43,985 nucleotides of DNA from a virus (IMGVR_UViG_3300048599_000728:1-43985); one strand, 5' to 3'; positions 27,735-37,032 are shown, counted from the first letter of the stretch. Program-made: numbers and translations. Notes: a model not told the origin generated them from the sequence alone.

Positions 27735-28424
27735 TCATGCCACCATCCTTAATGCAGCGAAACGGCACCACTGTTCGGCGGCAGCCGCCATCATCCCGGG
27801 GAAAGAACGACTGCGCAGCCGGGCACGCTGCGGGCCGGGCGGCATGCGGTGAACACGATTCCATCGCTTCCACTCATCAGATCCCCGATCAGGCTCCACG
27901 AGCAATTCGGTCGGCTCAAGACTGGGAAGGCCGCGCAGATACCATCCGGTTGCCTTGTATTCGGGATGCCCGAACCAGAACGGCTGAACCATCTGTGGTG
28001 CAGGCAGGTCTTCGGGCATGCGTGCCTTGGCAAGGTCGTTCATTTCTGGGTTCTCGACGGCAACCCGATCTATCGGCGCCTGCCAACAGGCAACGAAGAT
28101 CGAAACGCCGTCCTCGAACTCGGCGCGCATGTCTTCCCACGTTCTGCCTTGCGGAAGCTGCTTTGGCGGTGTCCAGTTTCCGGGGCCACTCATCCACCGC
28201 CTGCCCGAGCGGCACAAACGCGTGCATGGCGGATGCATAACGGCGAGCAGGTCCCATCCTTCCGTAAGGATACCACCGCGAACATCGCACCTGATATGGC
28301 GATTGCTGCCATCTTCCGCCGCATCAAGGTCACAGGACCAGACATCGTGCCCCAACGCGGCGAAGGCCCGGCGGCCGACGCCACTCGTCTCGCAGGCGAT
28401 GAGGACACGAAGCGGTCTGATCAT
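27735..28424 (-). CDS. Short C5-cytosine methyltransferase-like protein
   Basis: VLIACETSG (variant motif I), WSCDL, HPPC (motif IV PC), ENP (motif VI); ATGA-coupled to the helicase. Confidence 0.7.
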   Translation of the reverse strand: MIRPLRVLIACETSGVGRRAFAALGHDVWSCDLDAAEDGSNRHIRCDVRGGILTEGWDLLAVMHPPCTRLCRSGRRWMSGPGNWTPPKQLPQGRTWEDMRAEFEDGVSIFVACWQAPIDRVAVENPEMNDLAKARMPEDLPAPQMVQPFWFGHPEYKATGWYLRGLPSLEPTELLVEPDRGSDEWKRWNRVHRMPPGPQRARLRSRSFPGMMAAAAEQWCRFAALRMVA

Positions 28425-30163
28425 TCTGTCGCACCGCCCTGCCCTGGCCGCCATTCGGCACGCACAACGATGCCACGATAGAACGTCTGTCCGTTCGACC
28501 GGGCCTTGGCGAACTGGCCCATCTGCCCGTCCGGCTTCTCGAACGATCGGTCGGCTGCCTTGGCAAAGCGCTTTTCGAACGTCGCGCGGTTGAACTTGAA
28601 CACCCCCTCCTCATCGGCGAACTTCTCGTACGCCATGAACAGGTCGAGCGGCTTTTCACGATCTTCCGGATTGCCGGTGACGACGCAGGCGAGCCGCACG
28701 AATGTGCCGACCGCGTCGCTCTCCTGCCGGTATTCGTCACTCGCCGCACGCACGCTATCCGGTACATTCAACCCTTCAGAAAGATATTCGACGGCACCCT
28801 CCACCATCCAGGCGAACACCGCGTCGGCCTCCGCCCGCAGCTTTTGTGGCAGCAGTCGGTCGACCTTCTCCTTCGGCACCTGAACCAGCCATGGCACCAT
28901 CAGCACGCGCCGCCATATGCCGTCCGAATCGTCGTCGATGCGCGGCTTGTGGTTTCCCGACAGGATGATCTTGAAATGCGGATCAACCTCGAAGAAATCC
29001 TTGTGCAGCCTGCGCACCGGTATCTTCTCGCCACCCGTCAGCGTCTTGATCAGCGCGTCCTTCAGCTTGACGTTCGCCTCGGGCTCCGACGCAGCCACCA
29101 GCCGCGCACCCGGCAGGCGGGCAAGGTCCGGCGTCGCCTCGCCGCCGCCGCGCCTCTGCTCGCCCGCGAAGCTGTCGATCGACAGCGTCACGGCGTAATC
29201 ATCCATGATATGGCAGATCAGGTCGACGAAGGTCGACTTGCCGTTGCGCCCGGCGCCATAGAAGAACAGGATCACCTGCTCCACCGTCAGCCCGGTCAGC
29301 AGGTATCCGCAGAACCGTTTCAGGAACGCGCGCGCCAGCGGGTCAGGCTGGACCATCTTCAGGAACTTCATGAACTCCGGCGCATCCGGCCGTGCGCCAG
29401 GCTGCCAGCGTACATTGGCAAGCTTCGTGATCATGTCTTCCGGCCGGTGCTCGCGCAGGATCGCTTTCCAGCGATAGCGAGGATCATCGGGATCGCTCTC
29501 CTCGTCCTCCTCGCGCACGAAGTCGATCGTACCGGACAGGCAGTTCACCGAAAGCCGCATCGTGTTGAGGTCCTGCACTCGTGCGGCACAATAAGGCTGC
29601 GCCTCGCCGAGCGCGTTGGTCAGCTTCGAGGATCCTGCCGCCGATTTCGCGTGCCGCGCCCGCGCCGCCCGCCTGTCCTCGATCAGGGCGGCGGTTGCCT
29701 CGGCCGCCTTCACCATCTGCTCCATCTCGCGTTTCTCACGCGCCTTCTCCGGGTCCGGCAGCTTCGGCTTGTCGTCCTTCGTCCGGTCGAGCATCTGCGC
29801 CGCGATTACGCCCGCCTGGATTATGCCCTTCTCGTCGTCGCTACCGTCGATCAGCGCGCATTCCATGCGGATCGCCTCGGCCGTCCGGTGCGCGAGCGGG
29901 CGGATCAGCGAACCGTCCTCGTCTTCCTTCCACCGCGTTCCGTCGAAGACATGCCAGCCGATGTTTGCCACGCATATCGCGATATGCGACGCCGCGCCGG
30001 TCAGCCTGTCGGCATGTTCGCGCGCCAGATCGCCATAGCGCAGGCGGAAGCGCCGCCCGTTGCCGATGTCGGTCTCTGGCTGTTCCGCGCACATGCGCAG
30101 CAGATTGTCCTCGGCCGCCTTCGGGTCGAGCGGTTGATCGTCACTGTCCACGCTGCCCCCCAT
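28421..30163 (-). CDS. D5/P4-family SF3 helicase (primase-associated)
   Basis: GWHVFDGTRW D5_N region; Walker A GAGRNGKST; LVAASE, LTGGEKI and GIWRR motifs. Confidence 0.92.
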   Translation of the reverse strand: MGGSVDSDDQPLDPKAAEDNLLRMCAEQPETDIGNGRRFRLRYGDLAREHADRLTGAASHIAICVANIGWHVFDGTRWKEDEDGSLIRPLAHRTAEAIRMECALIDGSDDEKGIIQAGVIAAQMLDRTKDDKPKLPDPEKAREKREMEQMVKAAEATAALIEDRRAARARHAKSAAGSSKLTNALGEAQPYCAARVQDLNTMRLSVNCLSGTIDFVREEDEESDPDDPRYRWKAILREHRPEDMITKLANVRWQPGARPDAPEFMKFLKMVQPDPLARAFLKRFCGYLLTGLTVEQVILFFYGAGRNGKSTFVDLICHIMDDYAVTLSIDSFAGEQRRGGGEATPDLARLPGARLVAASEPEANVKLKDALIKTLTGGEKIPVRRLHKDFFEVDPHFKIILSGNHKPRIDDDSDGIWRRVLMVPWLVQVPKEKVDRLLPQKLRAEADAVFAWMVEGAVEYLSEGLNVPDSVRAASDEYRQESDAVGTFVRLACVVTGNPEDREKPLDLFMAYEKFADEEGVFKFNRATFEKRFAKAADRSFEKPDGQMGQFAKARSNGQTFYRGIVVRAEWRPGQGGATE

Positions 30164-30419
30164 CGTCGTCGAGCGTTACCCCGTGGTCGGCGGGGAAATG
30201 ACCGAGCACCGCCCACAGCCGCGCCCGCTTCGCCGCGTCCGTCAGACGCCCGGCGAAGGCGGCGCGTATGTCGCTGAGTGCGAGGCCCGACAGCCGCACG
30301 AGTTCACCGGCAAGATCGCGCTGGGCCGCCTGGCGGCGACAGAACCCCTCCCGCGTCAGCGCGCGGGCATAAAGGAAGCTTCGCAACATGGACGGCGAAA
30401 ATTCAGGCTGTGGCTTCAT
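30141..30419 (-). CDS. Hypothetical protein
   Basis: Coupled ORF in the operon; FSPSMLRSFL...LWAVLGHFP. Confidence 0.6.
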   Translation of the reverse strand: MKPQPEFSPSMLRSFLYARALTREGFCRRQAAQRDLAGELVRLSGLALSDIRAAFAGRLTDAAKRARLWAVLGHFPADHGVTLDDDGGQRGQ

Positions 30420-30994
30420 CGGCATGCCTCGCGTTTCACAGCGTTTTCACGTGAGGCAAGCAGCGTCAGCGGATCGAGGCCGATCGCAGCGCAGGCCATC
30501 AGCAGCGTGCCGGCAGCGACGGAACGCCCCTGTTCCACCTTGCGCCATTCGACACGGCCTATGCCGGCCGTGCGTGCCGCCGCGTCGATGGTGGCGGCCG
30601 TTCGCTCGCGCCAGCCTGCGGCGGCATAGGCGAGCTTCGTCCAGTCGACGCGGTCACCGTCACCCTCACGGAGATCGGAGACTCTGGCGACATGCATGCC
30701 ACGCGCCCGCGCGCCGGCAAGAATGGCGTAGATAGCCGCCGAATGGTCGCGGCGGCCAAGAAGCCGCGCGATCGATGACAGCGTGGCCGAAGGCACTTCC
30801 GTCCAGATGCGATAGGCGATGGTCTGCCGCGCCTCGATCGCGGAACGGCCCTGCGTTCGTCCGGTCAGCGCTTCCCGGCTGACGCCGCTCGCGCGCAGCA
30901 CATCGTCGCGGATCGCGACAGCCTTCGCCCCGTACAGCGCGACAGGGGAAAGGGAGGCGGGCAGCCTTGTCGGGGCGGATAGGAAGGAGATCAT
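30416..30994 (-). CDS. DNA-binding protein: DnaA-domain-IV-like HTH plus XRE-like HTH
   Basis: ARQTIAY...LSSIARLLGRRDHSAAIYAI; second HTH IDAAARTAGIGRVEWRKVEQG. Confidence 0.65.
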   Translation of the reverse strand: MISFLSAPTRLPASLSPVALYGAKAVAIRDDVLRASGVSREALTGRTQGRSAIEARQTIAYRIWTEVPSATLSSIARLLGRRDHSAAIYAILAGARARGMHVARVSDLREGDGDRVDWTKLAYAAAGWRERTAATIDAAARTAGIGRVEWRKVEQGRSVAAGTLLMACAAIGLDPLTLLASRENAVKREACR

Positions 30995-32109
30995 TCCGCC
31001 GCCCCCATCTCGAGGGCGCCGGCTTCCTGCGCCTCGTCATGGTCGCGCATCATGTTCTTGGCGGCCTGCGCGAAATAGCGCTTTTTCAGCTCGAAGCCCA
31101 GACCGCGCCGGTCGGCATGGATCGCCGCCCACACCTCGGAGCCGATGCCGAGGAACGGCGTAAACACGATGTCGCCGGGGTTCGACCACAGGTCGATGCA
31201 TCGCTCGATCGTGTCGAGCTGCAGCGGCGAGATATGCGCCTCGTCGTCACCATCGCGCGCCGTCAGGTACTGCAGCGTCCGCGTCTGGCGGATATCTGCC
31301 CAAACCGGCGAGGCGTAGCGCTGCCACACCTCGATTGAATACCAGTTGCGACTATCGTCGGCGCTCGTCCACTTCGCGAAATCGGGTCCGTTCCCCTCGC
31401 CCGCATAGCGCCGCAGCGCGCCGGCTATCGGTTCGGGATTGTCACCCGGTTTGCGGAACGACACGACAAAGTCAGCCAGCGCCTGCCCGCTGATCGCGGA
31501 ATCCTTCACCAGCTGCTTGTGGTTCAGCCGGTGCGATTTCGAGCGCGCCTGCGCGACGACCGGGTCTTTCCAGATGCAGACTTCCGAATGATAGACGAAG
31601 CCGAGATCGCCGGGGTGCGCGGACAGGTCTTCCTCGATCCGGCTTGCCGCCTCCAGCAGGCGCCCTGCCCGCACATCGTCGCCCGCCTCGGCCGCGAGCC
31701 GCGCCCGGAAGCGCACCCGCCGCATCGCCTCGAACAGTTCACCCGCCTCGTCGCCGCACCATGCACGGACGACCTCGCCGCGGAAATCCTGTATGCCGAT
31801 ATGGCCGTGATGCTGCTTGCTGGTCGGCAGCTGCATCACATGCACAGACTGTATGCGCCCCGGCATGGTGATCCTGCGCATCTCGTGGATCAGGAAGCTG
31901 TAATGCTCCCAGAACCGCGCCCCCTCGCTGTTCGACAGGTCGCGGTCGGAGCCGGAGAACTTGTAGAGCCCGATGAAGGGAGGGGAATGGATGCCGAAAT
32001 GGATCGAGTTGTCGGGCACCGCCCGGATCAGCTCGCACGCATCGCCCTGATAGATGGCGTAACGGTCGGTGACGACCTGATCGACAGCCCTGACGTCAAG
32101 CGCCTGCAT
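30991..32109 (-). CDS. Amino (N4-C/N6-A) DNA methyltransferase, beta class
   Basis: GDACE, SPPF catalytic motif, HISPLQL, PFLGIGSE SAM-binding motif, ELKKRYF. Confidence 0.88.
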   Translation of the reverse strand: MQALDVRAVDQVVTDRYAIYQGDACELIRAVPDNSIHFGIHSPPFIGLYKFSGSDRDLSNSEGARFWEHYSFLIHEMRRITMPGRIQSVHVMQLPTSKQHHGHIGIQDFRGEVVRAWCGDEAGELFEAMRRVRFRARLAAEAGDDVRAGRLLEAASRIEEDLSAHPGDLGFVYHSEVCIWKDPVVAQARSKSHRLNHKQLVKDSAISGQALADFVVSFRKPGDNPEPIAGALRRYAGEGNGPDFAKWTSADDSRNWYSIEVWQRYASPVWADIRQTRTLQYLTARDGDDEAHISPLQLDTIERCIDLWSNPGDIVFTPFLGIGSEVWAAIHADRRGLGFELKKRYFAQAAKNMMRDHDEAQEAGALEMGAAE

Positions 32110-32299
32110 CGTTCTGCCTCCCTTCGATATCGCTGATAATGCGCCGCAGCGCGTCGGCCTTCTCGATCGTCTGGCGCGAGATCAGCCCGCCATTGCCCCC
32201 CATGAACCTGCCACCTATCAGCGCGCCGCAATCGTCGAACGACACGGCGTCGACGAGCACCTTGCCGGCCTTTAGGATGGACGCGAGATCGTCGCTCAT
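32096..32299 (-). CDS. Small hypothetical protein
   Basis: ATGA overlap with the helicase stop; GGAGG RBS; MGGNGGLISRQT. Confidence 0.6.
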   Translation of the reverse strand: MSDDLASILKAGKVLVDAVSFDDCGALIGGRFMGGNGGLISRQTIEKADALRRIISDIEGRQNDAGA

Positions 32300-33693
32300 G
32301 CGAATTCCTCCCATGCCGGAAGCCTCAGAGGTGTGCGCGGCGCATAGTCTTCACGGTCGCGGGTCAGACCGCGCACGCTGGCGGCCGACAGGTCCGCCAT
32401 GTGTCGCACCATGGCGTCGGCCATCCGGTCGGCATCACGCTCTTTGCGGTCGAGATTGACGAGGATCGCGCCCTCCGTGTCGGCAGCGATGAAGTCGGCG
32501 GTCACAGGCATCAACTGGCCGAAACGCCAGAACCGGCGGATCGCCTGGTAGACCTGTTCGAAGCTGTCGTTGAGCCCGATGAAGCCCGTGCGCCTGCAGT
32601 GCTGCCAGTTCATGCCGAACCCGGCGATCGACGGCTTCGTCACCAGCACGCGGATGCGCCCTTCCGAGAAGTCGCGCAGCTTGCGCTCCTTGTCGGTGTC
32701 GCTATCCGATCCACGCACCTCCACGGCGCCCGCCACGCCCGCGGTCACCGCCTCCGTCTCGGCATTCAGGTTGCCCCACCAGACATAAGGCTCGTCCGGC
32801 GGCGTCAGCGCGATGGCGCGCGCCACCCGCTGATCGAGCGAGGATCTGCGCGCGTGTTGCCGTTCAGACATGGTCGATGCCTCGACCGGCACGAACGAGA
32901 ATTGACCGTCATGCGTGACGTGGGACCCGGTCTCGATCAGGTGCAGCCGCTTCGCCAGCGGCGGCAGGTTATAGCCCTCGTCGCTGTAGCCGAGATCGGA
33001 AGGCTTGCGCAGCATCACGGCCCAGCTCGCCATCCACCGCCAGAAATCGGCCTCGGCATGCCCCTTCAGATGCCACGCCCGGGTCTCTGAGCCGTCATGC
33101 TTGAAGAACGTCGCCAGCATCGCGAAATACGGCATGACGCCGAGGAATTCGGCATGATTGCCGAGTTCCATGAAGTCATTGGGCGCGGGCGTAGCGGTCG
33201 CCGCCAGCCGGAACGGGATGCTGCTCGCCGTCTCGATCAGCTTCCTGCGATAATGCCCCGCATGGTTCTTGAGGATCGAGCTTTCGTCGAGCGCGATGCC
33301 GCCGTAGCGCGAGAGGTCGAACCGGTCGAGCTTCTGGTAGTTGCTGATCTCGATCTCGTCGTCACCGTGGCCCGACGCGGTCACAATTCGCGCAGTCAAC
33401 CCAAATTCGCCGGCCTCCCGTTCGTGCTGGTGGCTGACGGCGATCGGCGCCAGCAGCAGCGACGGCATGCCGGTGAAGCGGGAGACCTCGCGTCCCCACA
33501 CCAGCTCCATAAGCGTTTTGCCGAGCCCGGTTCCGGCGAAGATGGCGGCGCGGCCCCGCCGCAGCGCCCATGCGATGATGTCGCGCTGGTGCGGAAAGAG
33601 GAAATCGGGAAGCTCCGGCACAAGGCTCATGCCGGTCGAAGGATCGGCTCGTTCCTTGGAGGCAAGGAACTGGTGATAGGGATGGAGCGTCAT
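32296..33693 (-). CDS. SNF2-like SF2 helicase
   Basis: LFPHQ, GTGLGKT, LDESS, TATP, GMNWQ and QAIRRFWRFGQ motifs. Confidence 0.9.
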   Translation of the reverse strand: MTLHPYHQFLASKERADPSTGMSLVPELPDFLFPHQRDIIAWALRRGRAAIFAGTGLGKTLMELVWGREVSRFTGMPSLLLAPIAVSHQHEREAGEFGLTARIVTASGHGDDEIEISNYQKLDRFDLSRYGGIALDESSILKNHAGHYRRKLIETASSIPFRLAATATPAPNDFMELGNHAEFLGVMPYFAMLATFFKHDGSETRAWHLKGHAEADFWRWMASWAVMLRKPSDLGYSDEGYNLPPLAKRLHLIETGSHVTHDGQFSFVPVEASTMSERQHARRSSLDQRVARAIALTPPDEPYVWWGNLNAETEAVTAGVAGAVEVRGSDSDTDKERKLRDFSEGRIRVLVTKPSIAGFGMNWQHCRRTGFIGLNDSFEQVYQAIRRFWRFGQLMPVTADFIAADTEGAILVNLDRKERDADRMADAMVRHMADLSAASVRGLTRDREDYAPRTPLRLPAWEEFA

Positions 33694-34184
33694 GACAGTG
33701 GCTCCTTCAGCCGGACTACCCGGTAGATCGTCGTGCGCCGCCATCCGCCGCCGCTGATCCGCGCAAGGTGACCGCCGCGCACAAGGCGCGACAGCAGCAC
33801 GCGCACGGATCCGTCCGTCAGGCCGGTGAACTTCGCGATGGCGCCAACACCGATTTCGGCGCGTCCGTGATCGTCCTCCACCGCCTTGACCGCGCGCCAT
33901 ACACGCAGTTCGCCGGCCGTGATCCCATTGAGTGTGGCAAGCTGCGCATCGAACGGGCTGACCTCGATTGACCGCACTTCCTTGTCGGTCTGAGCCATGG
34001 CCGCCGCCATGGCGTCAAGGATTGTCTCGAAATGCTGTTGCACGAACGTCGTCGCCGAGACGCCGGCCGAGCGCGCGGCGGCCTCGATCGCGTGATTGCG
34101 CTCACGGTCGCATCGCACGGTGAAGCGGTAGTGGTCGACGCCGGTATCGGGGTGATCGCTGCAATGGCCATGCGCAGGCATCAC
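33690..34184 (-). CDS. DNA-binding protein (RHH-like plus winged HTH)
   Basis: YRFTVRC...AIEAAARSAGVSATTFV; IAKFTGLTDGSVRVLLSRLVRGGHL. Confidence 0.62.
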   Translation of the reverse strand: MMPAHGHCSDHPDTGVDHYRFTVRCDRERNHAIEAAARSAGVSATTFVQQHFETILDAMAAAMAQTDKEVRSIEVSPFDAQLATLNGITAGELRVWRAVKAVEDDHGRAEIGVGAIAKFTGLTDGSVRVLLSRLVRGGHLARISGGGWRRTTIYRVVRLKEPLS

Positions 34185-35335
34185 GCAACCCTCCGCTCGG
34201 TCTGACGCGCGTTGAGCTCGTCATTCCAGTCCCTGCCCTCCCCGGGCCAGTCCACGGTCACCGGCAGTCCGGCCGCCTCGAAGCGCTTGCCCGCCCGTTG
34301 CATCGCGGTTTCCGTGGCGAAGCGATCGCCGTCCGCGTCCCCGAGCAGCACCAGCGAGGCGCAGTCCGCCTGCGAGAGCCGCAGGCAATCGCGATCGCCC
34401 GGCAGCGGCTCGGGTCCGGGAATTCGCTGACGCCGCACACGCCCCAGCGCATCCGTCATCGTGCGCGATGGGTGCGGGATGCGGCTTGCCGAGCGGCCGG
34501 CGATGTTGTTGAGGTTCACGCCGCAGATAAGGCCCGCCTGCGGCTGGCCGCGCATCACCGACCACGAGAGCACCGTCTCGATGCCCTCTCCCAGCGCGAC
34601 CGTTCCCGTCTCCGGGGACGCTCGCCGCAGATTGATCCGTCCGCCCTTTTGCGAGCCCTCAACCTTCTTTGACGGCAGCAACTCGCCGGTATCCGGATGC
34701 GCGATCTCCGCCTTCCCCTTGTCCGTCCCGAGATCGATCCAGGTGCGGTGCACGCCGATGAAGTGCCCGTCCGGCCCGGTGATCGCGGCGATCATGGCGG
34801 GGCCGCTGTGCACCACGGCGAACTCGCGCCGTTCTTCGAACCAGTGCCAGTAGGCGAGATCGGTTATCTCCCGCAGCGCGGGAATACGCCACGCCGGCAT
34901 GGGAATTCCGCGCCGACCGAGATAAGCGGCGACGATCCTGCCGCCCTCGCCCGGATGGCTGGGCGTCGCCCTGCTCCAGATCTTCCATGCACGCTTGCGG
35001 GCGCGCTGGCGATATTCGTTGTCGTCTTCGACCCGGCGCGGCCCGGCCTTCCCGGCCGGCATCGCGTTCGCACCTGTCAGCATGGCGACGGCGTCGGCGA
35101 ACCCGACACCATGGACATGGCGAACGAGATCGATCGGGTCTCCGCCGACGCCGGAAGCGCGGCACAGGAACACATTCTTTTCCGGATCGACCGAGAAGCG
35201 GTCGTTCCCGCCGCAGCCGGGGCAAGGAACGCCGCGCTCAGCGACCGTCACGCCCTTTGCCGCACCGAGCGCCAGCGCCACGTCGACGATCGCCCTGACT
35301 CGCGCCTCGCTTATGTGCTCCGCCTCTAGACGCAT
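34181..35335 (-). CDS. DnaG-like primase (zinc finger plus Toprim)
   Basis: PCPGCGGNDRF...FLCR zinc finger; GVHRTWI; LGEGIET; GDAD and DWND Toprim motifs. Confidence 0.88.
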   Translation of the reverse strand: MRLEAEHISEARVRAIVDVALALGAAKGVTVAERGVPCPGCGGNDRFSVDPEKNVFLCRASGVGGDPIDLVRHVHGVGFADAVAMLTGANAMPAGKAGPRRVEDDNEYRQRARKRAWKIWSRATPSHPGEGGRIVAAYLGRRGIPMPAWRIPALREITDLAYWHWFEERREFAVVHSGPAMIAAITGPDGHFIGVHRTWIDLGTDKGKAEIAHPDTGELLPSKKVEGSQKGGRINLRRASPETGTVALGEGIETVLSWSVMRGQPQAGLICGVNLNNIAGRSASRIPHPSRTMTDALGRVRRQRIPGPEPLPGDRDCLRLSQADCASLVLLGDADGDRFATETAMQRAGKRFEAAGLPVTVDWPGEGRDWNDELNARQTERRVA

Positions 35336-35661
35336 GCAACAGCCTCCATCCGCTGCGCGGCGTACCGACGCTTCTGGTTCCGGCTCGGCGTCACCATCTC
35401 GAGGTGATCGGGATTGACGCATCTGCGATTGCGGCACTTGTGGTCGATCTGCTTGTTGCCTGGCACGTAGCCGTGCTCGTTGACATAGGAGACGATGTGC
35501 GCCGCGACGGTGCGATTGTTCAGCTTCATGCGCGGATAGCCGCCGCCGCGCCCGTTGCCGCTGTCGGCAAGCGCCCATATCCAGCACGGCGTCGAATAGC
35601 CGAGATCCATCTCGGCGCTGCTGGCGCGGATGCGGGCTGCGATCTCGGCGCGACGCGACAT
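35326..35661 (-). CDS. Free-standing HNH endonuclease
   Basis: CWIW, GYP, AH, IDHKCRNRRCVNPDHLEMVTPSRN. Confidence 0.88.
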   Translation of the reverse strand: MSRRAEIAARIRASSAEMDLGYSTPCWIWALADSGNGRGGGYPRMKLNNRTVAAHIVSYVNEHGYVPGNKQIDHKCRNRRCVNPDHLEMVTPSRNQKRRYAAQRMEAVACV

Positions 35662-35663
35662 GG

Positions 35664-35954
35664 TCAGGCACCCTCCGCCGTCAGGGCGTCCAGTCCCTTT
35701 GAGGAACGCCAGTCATCGAAGGTGTGGTCACCGTCGAGGACCATGCGCATTGCCATGACAGCAACCTGCACGGCTTCCTTACGGACGCGCGCCCGGCTTT
35801 CTTCAAACGTTGCCGTGGCTAACTCGCCCACCTCTTCGACAAGCGCCGCAAATGTTACGTTTTTGCCGGGGAACTTCGATCGGGCGCAGACCAGTTCCCG
35901 CAGAATCTCGTCGGCAAGAACCTGCTCGGGCGCGGGAGCGATATCTGCCATCAC
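35664..35954 (-). CDS. MazG-like nucleotide pyrophosphohydrolase fold protein
   Basis: ALVEEVGELA...KEAVQVAVMA (ExxE...ExxQ pattern). Confidence 0.68.
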   Translation of the reverse strand: MMADIAPAPEQVLADEILRELVCARSKFPGKNVTFAALVEEVGELATATFEESRARVRKEAVQVAVMAMRMVLDGDHTFDDWRSSKGLDALTAEGA

Positions 35955-36430
35955 ACGCCTCCCACGACCCGCAGGCCGCCATCGGCACGCGCGGAGGCAA
36001 CCGACTTGCGGGCATCTGCGACATCGCGTTGCAGCTTGGCGAGGGCGCCATCAATGTCGGTTAGTTCGTTTGGCGTGATCTTGTGGTCCGCCAGCGCCAG
36101 CCCGTAGGCCCCGCTGAGTGAGCCGATCGCCACCATCGTTTCTGCCATGGCCGTGAACAGGCATTGGCCGGCCGCGGCGTCGCCCATGGCATCTGCCAGA
36201 GTGCGGTTTTCTGCAGCCGCCAGTGCCGCAGTCACCACGGGCGTGCGACAGTGTTTCTGTAAGGTGACGAACACCTGCATCGGCATCAAAGCTGGATCAC
36301 CCACATCGGCCCATCGACCAACGGTGCTGCGCCCCCTGTTGACCATGATCGATACGGCGTCGAGGCCGCCGCACAACGCGACGAGTTCCTTTTGCGCATG
36401 CTTGATGAGCTGGTGATCTGCCGGTGTCAT
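35951..36430 (-). CDS. CII-like phage regulatory protein
   Basis: Downstream of cro; KELVALCGG, HTH-like STVGRW, ALADHKITPNE C-terminal motif. Confidence 0.65.
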   Translation of the reverse strand: MTPADHQLIKHAQKELVALCGGLDAVSIMVNRGRSTVGRWADVGDPALMPMQVFVTLQKHCRTPVVTAALAAAENRTLADAMGDAAAGQCLFTAMAETMVAIGSLSGAYGLALADHKITPNELTDIDGALAKLQRDVADARKSVASARADGGLRVVGGV

Positions 36431-36733
36431 AGGTCAAAAAATCCCATTTTCGGCGGGACAAATCGCCGAATTGTCCCATAGTGGGACCGATCCGAAATGT
36501 GGTTGAATGCCTGTCAGAACCTCACGGAGGCCCGCATGCCTGGACAAGAACCATCATCGTCACCGCTCCCCGAAAAGGGCCGGCCCGGATATGGGAGGTC
36601 CGCCATCCGGGCCGGCAGGGGCGACGCGGTCAACGTCGTTCTCGTTAAGGGGTGCGGGCCACTGCAGCTTGTCAGCCGGCAGGTTGCGCCACATGCCCCC
36701 GTTTTCAGCAGCAGGACAATCAGGAGATCTGAA

Positions 36734-37027
36734 ATGGACGAGACCAAAAGAAGGCAACACCTCGAAACCGCCGTCGCAGAGCTTCGCGCTCGGAATGCCG
36801 TCTACGAGGCGGTTCTCAGCCAAATACTGTTGCGCTTCGCAAGCCTTTACGAGCCGCCGCAGGAAGCCTTGCGCGAGATCATGATCAAGGCGGAAGACAG
36901 TCTGCGCAACACGCGCAAGAACGCTCAGCCGGGAGAGGCTGCCTTGGCGGCCGACGCGGTTGAAATCTTCAACGAGTACAGCGCCCGTCTGATTGCGGCG
37001 ATCACGCCGAACACCACGAAGAATTGA
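36734..37027 (+). CDS. Hypothetical helical protein counter-oriented between cro and cII
   Basis: AGGAG RBS then ATG 36734; 97 aa. Confidence 0.68.
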   Translation: MDETKRRQHLETAVAELRARNAVYEAVLSQILLRFASLYEPPQEALREIMIKAEDSLRNTRKNAQPGEAALAADAVEIFNEYSARLIAAITPNTTKN

Positions 37028-37032
37028 GGCGA

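Noticed and set aside
27586-27738. Small ORF MTSAPSPFLSF... coupled to the C5-MTase-like stop
   Set aside because: It has an ATGA overlap but runs through the iteron-like repeats and has no protein-like features; cannot be supported
31600-31765. Intein in the methyltransferase
   Set aside because: Too short and lacks the C-terminal His-Asn plus nucleophile motif
30991-35661. Complete restriction-modification or DISARM/BREX-like defence system
   Set aside because: The MTase, helicase and HNH sit within the phage early-middle operon, with no recognisable REase or other defence core genes
35336-35671. N-terminal extension of the primase ORF
   Set aside because: It overlaps the HNH gene in another frame; the start at 35335 has a GGAGG RBS
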